This document shows, one piece after another, positions 1 to 7,719 of a stretch of DNA of 64,000 nucleotides. Position 1 is the first letter of the stretch. Each line of letters begins with the position of its first letter. The position numbers and the translations under genes are program-made. The stretch is from an uncultured Bacteroidia bacterium (GTDB lineage Bacteria; Bacteroidota; Bacteroidia; Bacteroidales; UBA932), in assembly GCA_902784435.1 (NCBI GenBank), contig CACZUR010000001.1:16144-80143 (forward strand), given 5' to 3'. Under the pieces are notes generated by a model that did no database searches, was not told the DNA's origin, and saw only the letters and a list, made by a program, of their open reading frames with translations.

Positions 1-985
1 TGTCACGCCCTGCTATGCGGCGGGCTTCCCGCCAGTAGGGGAAGAAGGGGAGGCCGTCCGGGGTGGAGTACACGTCATGGGCGATGCCTAAGTTCTTGTA
101 ACCCAGTTCTTTCTGGAGGAAGTAGATGTAGCCCAGCGTGCGCTGTTTGGCCAAAAGCACCACGGAATCCCGCTGGGTGGGCGTCATGTCCAGGTATTCG
201 GCAAAGTAATCGTTGGCGCAGACGGGCCAGTTGAGCATCATGTATCCGTCCGGAAGGCGGCCGTAAGAAAGCATCATCTGAGGACTCCAAAGCTGCTGCC
301 CGTAAGGATTGACTCCGTCGATATTCCGGGCCAGGGGATTGTCGCAGCAGTTTTCGTAAAGCTCCCGTCTGTAGCCTTCGGGTTCCTCCATGGGCACCTC
401 TTCGTCGTGGAACTTGACAATGGCCACATAGGTGAAATCTTGGGCCGATACCCGGTCCTTAAGCTCCTCGCAACCGGCTATCCCGGCCACATCGCCCAGC
501 TCTGTGCCGTCGATGACGATGCGCCCCTTCACGGAAGAGCCATCCTCCAGGCGCAGGAGCCAGCCATCGGCCTTTTTCTGAAGGCTCCGGAGTCCTGTGT
601 TGAAGCGCAGCTGTACGCCAGCGTTTTGGGCCATGTTTTGGAGGACTTCCTTGCCCACACGGGGATTGAAAAGGATGTTGGACACCCAGCCGGATTTGAG
701 CGCCTCGTAGCCACCGTAGCGGGCGGCGAGCGAATCGGTGAATTCTCCGAATAGACCGCCCCTCAGGCGATAGTTTCCGTCGATGGCGCTGACCCCGGCC
801 GAGGTAAGCATCCCGCCCAGCCAGGGCGTCTGCTCTACGATCAGCACGTGCGCGCCATTTCTTGCCGCCTCGATGGCTGCGGTGGTTCCTCCGGCGCCGC
901 CGCCTACGACAACGACATCGTAGGAAGGAGTGCAAGAAAGGACTGTGGCGAGCGCCAACAGTCCTGTAATCAAGCGTTTATTCAT
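1..985 (-). CDS. FAD-dependent oxidoreductase lipoprotein (FAD_oxidored-like), 3' end outside the window
   Basis: Translated by hand (absent from the ORF track): MNKRLITGLLALATVLSC lipobox, DVVVVGGGAGG FAD-binding motif, WLGGMLTSAGVSAIDG, IDGTELGD, PYWREARRI. Frame is open to position 1. Confidence 0.85.
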   Translation of the reverse strand, partial: MNKRLITGLLALATVLSCTPSYDVVVVGGGAGGTTAAIEAARNGAHVLIVEQTPWLGGMLTSAGVSAIDGNYRLRGGLFGEFTDSLAARYGGYEALKSGWVSNILFNPRVGKEVLQNMAQNAGVQLRFNTGLRSLQKKADGWLLRLEDGSSVKGRIVIDGTELGDVAGIAGCEELKDRVSAQDFTYVAIVKFHDEEVPMEEPEGYRRELYENCCDNPLARNIDGVNPYGQQLWSPQMMLSYGRLPDGYMMLNWPVCANDYFAEYLDMTPTQRDSVVLLAKQRTLGYIYFLQKELGYKNLGIAHDVYSTPDGLPFFPYWREARRIAGRD

Positions 986-2684
986 CCTTCTTCTCTTCTC
1001 TTTCCGGTTCGTCGCCGTGGGAGTTCTTGTACTTGAAGCGGCGGATCTTCTGGGTGGCGGTTTTTTCGAAGGGCTCCTTCATGGCGTCTACTTCGCCAAT
1101 CTTGGAATTCTTGCCCACGGTCTTGTTCACCCAGTCCAGGACGGCCTTCTTGCGGGCTTCCAGCTCCTCGAACCACTTGTCTTCCGTGGCCTGGTCCCAG
1201 TTGATGGCATTGTCCGTGAATTTGACCAGGGCCACCAGTTTGCCGTCGCGCTCCATGACCAGGCTCTCTTCCACGCCTTCGATGTTGTTGATGACCTGCT
1301 CAATCTCTTCCGGGTAGATATTCTCTCCGGAAGGCCCCAGGATGGTATTGTTCAGGCGTCCCTTGATGTAGTAGATGCCTTCTTCGTCCATGGTGGCCAC
1401 GTCGTTGGTGTGGAACCAGCCTTCGTCGTCCAGCACCTGCAGGGTGCGCTCCGGGTCTTTGTAGTAGCCCAGCATCACGTTGTGGCCGCGGACCACAATC
1501 TCTCCTTCTCCGGTCTCCGGATTCACATTGTCCAGCCGGATCTCTACCTTGTAGGAAGCCGGGCCGATGGACCCCAGGTGCTTTTTCTTGTTCACCATCA
1601 CGTTGCACACCAGCGGCGCCGTTTCCGTGAGGCCGTACCCAACGGCGTAAGGGAACTTGCAGTCTATGAGGAACTTCTCCACGGCCGGATCCAGTTTGGC
1701 GCCGCCAATCCCCAGGAAGGTGAGCTTGCCGCCGAAGGAACTGACCATGCGCCGGCCGATGAACCAGTGCAGGATGTGGGGGATGCTTTTATCGGCCCAG
1801 GAAAGGACGCGGCTCTTCTGGATGGTGGGCCATACGCTGTTTTTGACCACTTTCTCGATGATCAGGGGAACGGAGCACACGATGGTGGGCTTCACCTTCT
1901 TCATGGCCGCCATCAGGATGGACGGGGTGGGCGGTTTCTGGAGGGTATAGCAGGTGGCGCCCACATAGAAGGAATACAGCGTGGAAACGCTCATCTCATA
2001 GGTATGGGCGGCCGGAAGGATGCTCAGGAAACGGTCTTTCCGGAACGCGGGTTTGGCTTTGAAGGCAGCCGCCAGGTTGCTGGAAAGGTTGCGGTGGCTG
2101 AGCATGACGCCTTTGGCCTTGCCGGTGGTTCCGGAGGTGTAGATAATGCAGGCCAGGTCGTCGGGCTGGGGGTCTTTGACCCAGCCGTTGCACTTGAAAT
2201 CGTCCTTTTCCTTCTTGATGAACTCGAAGGTTTCTATGTCGATGATGAGGGTGAGCTTTTGCCGGCACTCCTCACTGAGCTTCCCCATCATCCGCTGCGA
2301 GATGAACAGCACCTTGGACTCCGAGTGGGTGAGGATGTTGGTGAGTTCGGTCTCCGAACTGTCCGGCAGGATGGGGACCGCTACGCGGCCGAAGGCGGTG
2401 GCGCTGAAAAAGGCTACCACCCAGTTGGGCATGTTCTGGGACAGGATGGCCACACGGTCTCCGTGCTTGATGCCGAAGCGCGTCATGCGCAGCGACAGCT
2501 GCTCGGTCTTGCGGCGGAATTCCTCGTAGGTGTATGACTGGCCGCCGTCCACGTACTGGAAGGCGACTTTCTTTGCATAATTGGTGGTGGCGTAGTCAAA
2601 CACCTTGCGCAGAGTGGTGCAGGTGTTCTCGCGGCTGCGATACTTGCGCCAGGCCTTGTACGGGCTTTTGATTCTTTTTGCCAT
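978..2684 (-). CDS. Long-chain fatty acid--CoA ligase (AMP-binding)
   Basis: YTSGTTGKAKG, GYGLTET and GENIYPEEIE adenylate-forming motifs. Confidence 0.9.
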   Translation of the reverse strand: MAKRIKSPYKAWRKYRSRENTCTTLRKVFDYATTNYAKKVAFQYVDGGQSYTYEEFRRKTEQLSLRMTRFGIKHGDRVAILSQNMPNWVVAFFSATAFGRVAVPILPDSSETELTNILTHSESKVLFISQRMMGKLSEECRQKLTLIIDIETFEFIKKEKDDFKCNGWVKDPQPDDLACIIYTSGTTGKAKGVMLSHRNLSSNLAAAFKAKPAFRKDRFLSILPAAHTYEMSVSTLYSFYVGATCYTLQKPPTPSILMAAMKKVKPTIVCSVPLIIEKVVKNSVWPTIQKSRVLSWADKSIPHILHWFIGRRMVSSFGGKLTFLGIGGAKLDPAVEKFLIDCKFPYAVGYGLTETAPLVCNVMVNKKKHLGSIGPASYKVEIRLDNVNPETGEGEIVVRGHNVMLGYYKDPERTLQVLDDEGWFHTNDVATMDEEGIYYIKGRLNNTILGPSGENIYPEEIEQVINNIEGVEESLVMERDGKLVALVKFTDNAINWDQATEDKWFEELEARKKAVLDWVNKTVGKNSKIGEVDAMKEPFEKTATQKIRRFKYKNSHGDEPEREEKKDE

Positions 2685-2690
2685 AGGGAT

Positions 2691-3284
2691 TTACTTTTCA
2701 GGAACAGCAAACTGGTCTTTGTGGAAACCCTGTACGCCCAGCGGCCGATAATGGTCGTAGATGCGCTGCATATCGGCCTTGGGATCATCCGTGATCTCGA
2801 AGGGTTCGCCCACGCTGATGCGTTTGCGCCCCCAGTCGTAGTAACCCAGATACACGGTGGCGCCGGTTTCCCGGGCAATCAGGTGATAGCCGCTTTTCCA
2901 GCGCTTGACCAGCGAACGGGAGCCTTCCGGGGCCAGGGCCAGGTGGAATTCGTCCACCCCTTCCATGACGTCGATGAGGCTCTTGACCGTGGTGGCCGGG
3001 CTGGAAAGGTCTGTGGGGACGGCACCGCAGGCCCGGAGAATGGGCCCCAGGGGCCAGACGAAGAAACTCTTCTTGACCATGATGTGGGCTACCTTGCCAA
3101 ACTGGGTATAGAACAGATAGCTTACGAGGAAATCCCAGACAGTGGTGTGAGGGACGCCCAGGACGATGGCCTTGGGTTCTTTCATGGGACCGCCTACGCT
3201 TTCCCAGCCCATTTTCTTGAGCAGCCAGCCGCAGAACTTGGCCCAGCGGGGCCCTACCTTTGTCTTGATTATCTTCTTTGCCAT
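2691..3284 (-). CDS. PlsC-like acyltransferase
   Basis: PHTTVWD (HxxxxD) and APEGSR motifs. Confidence 0.85.
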   Translation of the reverse strand: MAKKIIKTKVGPRWAKFCGWLLKKMGWESVGGPMKEPKAIVLGVPHTTVWDFLVSYLFYTQFGKVAHIMVKKSFFVWPLGPILRACGAVPTDLSSPATTVKSLIDVMEGVDEFHLALAPEGSRSLVKRWKSGYHLIARETGATVYLGYYDWGRKRISVGEPFEITDDPKADMQRIYDHYRPLGVQGFHKDQFAVPEK

Positions 3285-3287
3285 AGC

Positions 3288-5198
3288 TTAAATGTTTACG
3301 TCTTCCAGTTCCTTTTCACTTCTGAGGTTTTCCATCACGAAGGTCTGGCGTTCATAGGTATTGATGCCCATGTAGAACTCCATGATGGTTTGGATGGATT
3401 CTTCGTCGGAGAGTTTTACCTGGTCCAGGCGCATTTTCTCGCCGATGAAGTCTATGAATTCGTCCGAGGAGATTTCTCCCAGACCCTTGAACCGGGTGAT
3501 TTCCACGCCCGTCTTCAGGGCGGTCACGGCTTTGTCCCGCTCTTCGATGGAGTAGCAGTAGCGGCGTTCCTTTTTGTTGTGCACGCGGAACAGGGGCGTC
3601 TGCAGGATGTACACGTGGCCGCGGCGGATGAGTTCCGGATAATACTTCATGATGAAGGTGAGCACCAGCATGCGGATGTGCATGCCATCGTCATCGGCAT
3701 CCGTGGCCACGATGATGTTGTTGTAGCGCAGGTTGTCCAGGTCTTCCTCTACGCCCAGGGCAGAGATGAGGAGGTTCAGTTCCTCGTTTTCCGCCACTTT
3801 CTTGCGGCTTTCCTTGAAACAGTTGATGGGTTTGCCGCGCAGGGAGAAGACGGCCTGGTTGTTGGCGTTGCGCACCTTGGTGATGGTACCGGAAGCGGAG
3901 TCTCCCTCCGTGATGAAGATGGAGGTTTTCTCCCGCTGGTCTTCCATGCCCTTGGGGAAGCGGTTGTCCGAGAAGTGGTAGCGGCAGTCCCGCAGTTTGC
4001 GGTTGTACACGGCCGTTTTCTTGGCCCTTTCGCGGCTTTTCTTCTGGACGCCGGCAATTTCTTCGCGCTCGGCCTGGGAGGCCTTGATTTTTTCCTCGAT
4101 TACCGGAACGATGTCCATGTGCATGTGCAGGTAGTCGTTCAGGTTCTTGGTGACGAAGTCATTCACGAAGGTGCGGATGGTGGGGCCGCGGTCTACGGAG
4201 GTGGTGCCGTCCGGGGACTTCACCTGCTTTTCCCACATGTAGGTGGAGCCCAGTTTGGTTTTGGTCTGGCCCTCGAAGATGGGCTCCTGGATTTGGATGG
4301 AAATGGCGCCCACGATGCCCTGGCGGATGTCTTCGGGCTTATAGTCTTTCTTGAAGAAGTCCTTGAAGGTTTTGGCGATGGCTTCGCGGTAGGCGGCCAG
4401 GTGCGTGCCGCCGTCGCGGGTGTTCTGGCCGTTCACGAAGGTGGCGATGTTTTCTCCGTAACTGTTGCCGTGCGTGAGCACCACCTCGATGTCTTCCCCT
4501 TCCAGGTGCACCAGCGGGTACAGGGGCGTTTCGCTCATGTTTTCCGTGACCAGGTCCAGCAGGCCGTTTTCGCTCTTGTACAGCGTGCCGTTCAGGTTCA
4601 GGGTAAGGCCTTTTTTCAGGTAGGAGTAGTTCTTGACCAGGGCCTCTACGAATTCCATGTGGAAGGCGAAGTCGTTGAACATTTCCTCGTCCGGGGTGAA
4701 GCGGATGTAGGTGCCGTTTTTCTCATTGGACGGGACGATGGCGCTTTCCAGCAGGTTGCCCCTTGTGAAACGGGCATAGGAGCACTGGCCTTCCCGGTAG
4801 GAGGCCACGTAGAAATCCACCGACATGGCGTTTACGGCCTTGGTGCCCACGCCGTTCATGCCCACGCTCTTCTTGAAGTTGGTGTCGTCGAACTTGCCGC
4901 CGGTGTTGAGCTTGGACGTGGCGTCCACCACCTTGTTCAGGGGAATGCCGCGGCCGAAGTCCCGGACGGTGACCGTTTTGTCTTCGATGGTGATATCGAT
5001 GCGCTTGCCGAATCCCATGGAGAATTCGTCCACGGAATTGTCGATGATTTCCTTCAGAAGTACGTAAATGCCGTCCCCTTGGCGGTCTCCGTTGCCCAGA
5101 CGGCCGATATACATGCCGGCACGGCGCCGGATATGTTCGTTCCATTCCAGGGTCTGGATGGAGTCGTCGTTATAAGTGGTATTGATATTTTCTGCCAT
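3288..5198 (-). CDS. parE: DNA topoisomerase IV subunit B
   Basis: HIRRRAGMYIG, EIIDNSVDE, EGDSA, TDADDDG and RFKGLGE motifs; Bacteroidetes ParE type. Confidence 0.9.
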   Translation of the reverse strand: MAENINTTYNDDSIQTLEWNEHIRRRAGMYIGRLGNGDRQGDGIYVLLKEIIDNSVDEFSMGFGKRIDITIEDKTVTVRDFGRGIPLNKVVDATSKLNTGGKFDDTNFKKSVGMNGVGTKAVNAMSVDFYVASYREGQCSYARFTRGNLLESAIVPSNEKNGTYIRFTPDEEMFNDFAFHMEFVEALVKNYSYLKKGLTLNLNGTLYKSENGLLDLVTENMSETPLYPLVHLEGEDIEVVLTHGNSYGENIATFVNGQNTRDGGTHLAAYREAIAKTFKDFFKKDYKPEDIRQGIVGAISIQIQEPIFEGQTKTKLGSTYMWEKQVKSPDGTTSVDRGPTIRTFVNDFVTKNLNDYLHMHMDIVPVIEEKIKASQAEREEIAGVQKKSRERAKKTAVYNRKLRDCRYHFSDNRFPKGMEDQREKTSIFITEGDSASGTITKVRNANNQAVFSLRGKPINCFKESRKKVAENEELNLLISALGVEEDLDNLRYNNIIVATDADDDGMHIRMLVLTFIMKYYPELIRRGHVYILQTPLFRVHNKKERRYCYSIEERDKAVTALKTGVEITRFKGLGEISSDEFIDFIGEKMRLDQVKLSDEESIQTIMEFYMGINTYERQTFVMENLRSEKELEDVNI

Positions 5199-5323
5199 GA
5201 ACCAACTCAGTTTCCTAACCTACAAATATAATACAATTCCGCGGGATAAACAAAGTTTGCCTTTTGTCAGATATTTCTTAACTTTGTTGTTTGTAACAGA
5301 GAACCAATTAAACACAAATGCAT

Positions 5324-6232
5324 ATGAAAAAGATTCTCATTCTTACGATGGCGGCCCTGGCGCTGTTCTCCTGTGGCAAAAAGGACGGCCCCTCTACCCG
5401 TCCCATGATCAGCTGGGAGGGCAACTCCAGCTTCGCAGAGCAGGAAATCGGTACCGCCCTGGATGCCAAGGTGGCCGTGAGCTTCCCGGAAGGAATCGGC
5501 ACGCTCCAGATCAAGTGCTCCACCGTCCCGGCAGAGATCAAGGGCATTATCAGCCCCTGGATCGGCACCTATGCCAACAAGGCCCAGCTGCTCCTGGATC
5601 TGCAGGCCGATACCCAGGTGGCTTCCATCTTCAAGAGCAAAGGCTATGCAAACCCGGTGGGGGACGGCCTCAAGACTGCCACTTCCTGCACCATCGACTT
5701 CGGGAAACTCACCCAGGACCTTACGGAAGGTCAGGTACTGGCCGCCAACAGCAAGTTCGTTTTTGACGTAACGCTCACGGATGCCAAGGGAACCTCCGTC
5801 AACCGTTCGGTGAAGTTCCGCTTTACGCCCGCCCCGATGTTCCCCAACGATGTCCCTTCGTCTTATGCCCTCGAGCAGGGTGACACGCGTACGCTGGAAT
5901 GGAAGATCGAAATTCCCGGCAAGGCAGAGGCCTTCACCATCGATTTCAGCGGCGCCAAGGCCGACAATGGCATTCTGAGTTACATCAAGAAGCGCAACGA
6001 CAACAAGACCACGATCGATCTGATCGACAACGCCAATGTGAAGTCGGCCTTTGACCTGGATCCGGTTGCCAAGGGTGCTACCTCCACAACGCTCAAGCTC
6101 ACCAACCTGATGAAGAATCTGGGCTATGAAGCCACGATCGGCTCCAGCACCACGGTTACCTTCCGTGTCGTAGACCAGCTGGGCAAGGAAAGCATCCACG
6201 TGCTCACCCTGACCGTAGCGCAGCCCCAGTAG
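5324..6232 (+). CDS. Hypothetical lipoprotein with two repeated Ig-like domains
   Basis: MKKILILTMAALALFSC lipobox; two similar ~140-aa halves. Confidence 0.75.
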   Translation: MKKILILTMAALALFSCGKKDGPSTRPMISWEGNSSFAEQEIGTALDAKVAVSFPEGIGTLQIKCSTVPAEIKGIISPWIGTYANKAQLLLDLQADTQVASIFKSKGYANPVGDGLKTATSCTIDFGKLTQDLTEGQVLAANSKFVFDVTLTDAKGTSVNRSVKFRFTPAPMFPNDVPSSYALEQGDTRTLEWKIEIPGKAEAFTIDFSGAKADNGILSYIKKRNDNKTTIDLIDNANVKSAFDLDPVAKGATSTTLKLTNLMKNLGYEATIGSSTTVTFRVVDQLGKESIHVLTLTVAQPQ

Positions 6233-6233
6233 T

Positions 6234-7379
6234 TTAGCGGACTTCGCCGGCCACGAACAAGTTGACCAGCGGCCGCAGCGGCGAATTGGTCGTGAGACTG
6301 ATCATGATCACGTTTTCCCCTTTCTCCAGCAAGGAAGTGTCCAGCGTAAAGCGGACGCTTCCTTTTTCGTTGGCATCGATATCGGTCAGCGGCGCGGCGA
6401 GGGAGAGGGCGCTGCCTTCCAGATCGGCCTTGAAAAAGTGCAGGGCGCGCTTTCCCTTGTTGGTGCAGCGGAATTCCACATCCAGTTTTTCTCCCGCTTT
6501 TACAGGGCCGAAACTGACGGTGCTGTTGTCGAAGTAGGGGACGGCGGCGGTGCTCCTTTCCTCGCTGGTGAGCGCGGTGAAATTCTCCTGTGTCCACACC
6601 AGGACGGTGAGCGGGGCGGATGCTTTTTGCCCGTTCAGGACGGGCGTGGCGCGGTATTCGTTGCGGCCGTAAAGGGAAGGGTCGGCCTGGACGGTGTACG
6701 AAAGGGTGGCGGTGCCGCCGGAGGGAATGGGATTGGGTTTCACGCTCATGCTAAGCTGGGCCGATGCATCGGCAAAAGAGACGTCCAGCGGTTTTTTCCC
6801 CAGATTGGCTACGATGGCGGTTTCGCTCACGGAGAGCCCCTGCTTCAGGGTGCCGGCCTTGAAAGAGCGGGTCTTCAGACCAAAATCCCCGAGCTTTTGC
6901 GCTCCGTAGAGCTGGCTCAGGGATTTTTTCTTTTCGTGCACTACGCCTCGCAGGCGCAGGATGACGGGCCGCTTGATGCCGGAGATATACACCGTGAGGG
7001 TTTTGTCGAAGGGCATGGGGCCATCCTCGTTCTTGTAAGTGGCCGATATGCTGCCGGTTTTGCCGGGCTGGATGCTTTCCCGGGTCCATTTGACATCTGT
7101 GCAACCGCAGGAAGACACGACCTCGAAGATGGCGATGGGCTCACTGCCGTCGTTGGTGAGCGTGAAAGTGCAGGTGAGGGGACCGTCCGTTACGGAGACA
7201 TCCCCGAAGTCGTGCACGGTCTTGTCCCAGGAGACGGGGGTGTCGGCGGGGGATACCTCTTCCGACAGATCGAAGTCTTCGGAGAGGACCAGTTCCATCT
7301 TTGGCGCGTGATTTGATACGGCATTCCCGCAGGAAAACAGGACGATGGCGGATATGAAGCTTAAAAATGTCATTTTCAT
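6234..7379 (-). CDS. DUF1573 domain-containing lipoprotein
   Basis: HDFGDV...SSCGCT...IQPGKTG signature repeated in degenerate form; LFSC lipobox. Start moved to MKMTF. Confidence 0.85.
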   Translation of the reverse strand: MKMTFLSFISAIVLFSCGNAVSNHAPKMELVLSEDFDLSEEVSPADTPVSWDKTVHDFGDVSVTDGPLTCTFTLTNDGSEPIAIFEVVSSCGCTDVKWTRESIQPGKTGSISATYKNEDGPMPFDKTLTVYISGIKRPVILRLRGVVHEKKKSLSQLYGAQKLGDFGLKTRSFKAGTLKQGLSVSETAIVANLGKKPLDVSFADASAQLSMSVKPNPIPSGGTATLSYTVQADPSLYGRNEYRATPVLNGQKASAPLTVLVWTQENFTALTSEERSTAAVPYFDNSTVSFGPVKAGEKLDVEFRCTNKGKRALHFFKADLEGSALSLAAPLTDIDANEKGSVRFTLDTSLLEKGENVIMISLTTNSPLRPLVNLFVAGEVR

Positions 7380-7473
7380 ACGTGCAAAGTTACACACAGT
7401 TCTTTTGTATTTCAAATTTAATGCCTATTTTTGCCTCACGGAAAACAACACAACAACTATAAATTTTTAAACT

Positions 7474-7647
7474 ATGCCTAGAATTATCAATCCCGACCTT
7501 TGTGTCTCCTGCGGCTCCTGCGCCGAAGTTTGCCCTGTGGGCGCCATCACTGCCGGTGATGCCGCATACCAGATCAATCCCGACGAATGCATCGATTGCG
7601 GCGCCTGCGAAGGCACCTGCCCCAACGAAGCCATTTCCGAAGCATAA
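7474..7647 (+). CDS. 2[4Fe-4S] ferredoxin (57 aa)
   Basis: MPRIINPDLCVSCGSCAEVCPVGAITAGDAAYQINPDECIDCGACEGTCPNEAISEA, with two CxxCxxCxxxCP motifs. Absent from the ORF track, probably because of its size. Confidence 0.95.
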   Translation: MPRIINPDLCVSCGSCAEVCPVGAITAGDAAYQINPDECIDCGACEGTCPNEAISEA

Positions 7648-7663
7648 CTTCGAAAATTACTCC

Positions 7664-7705
7664 ATAATAGTAAAGCCTCGCCAGTTGGCGAGGCTTTACT
7701 ATTAT
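7664..7705. terminator. Bidirectional terminator-like hairpin
   Basis: Perfect 20-bp inverted repeat ATAATAGTAAAGCCTCGCCA / TGGCGAGGCTTTACTATTAT between convergent genes. Confidence 0.8.
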
Positions 7706-7719
7706 ACTCACAGGGTGCG

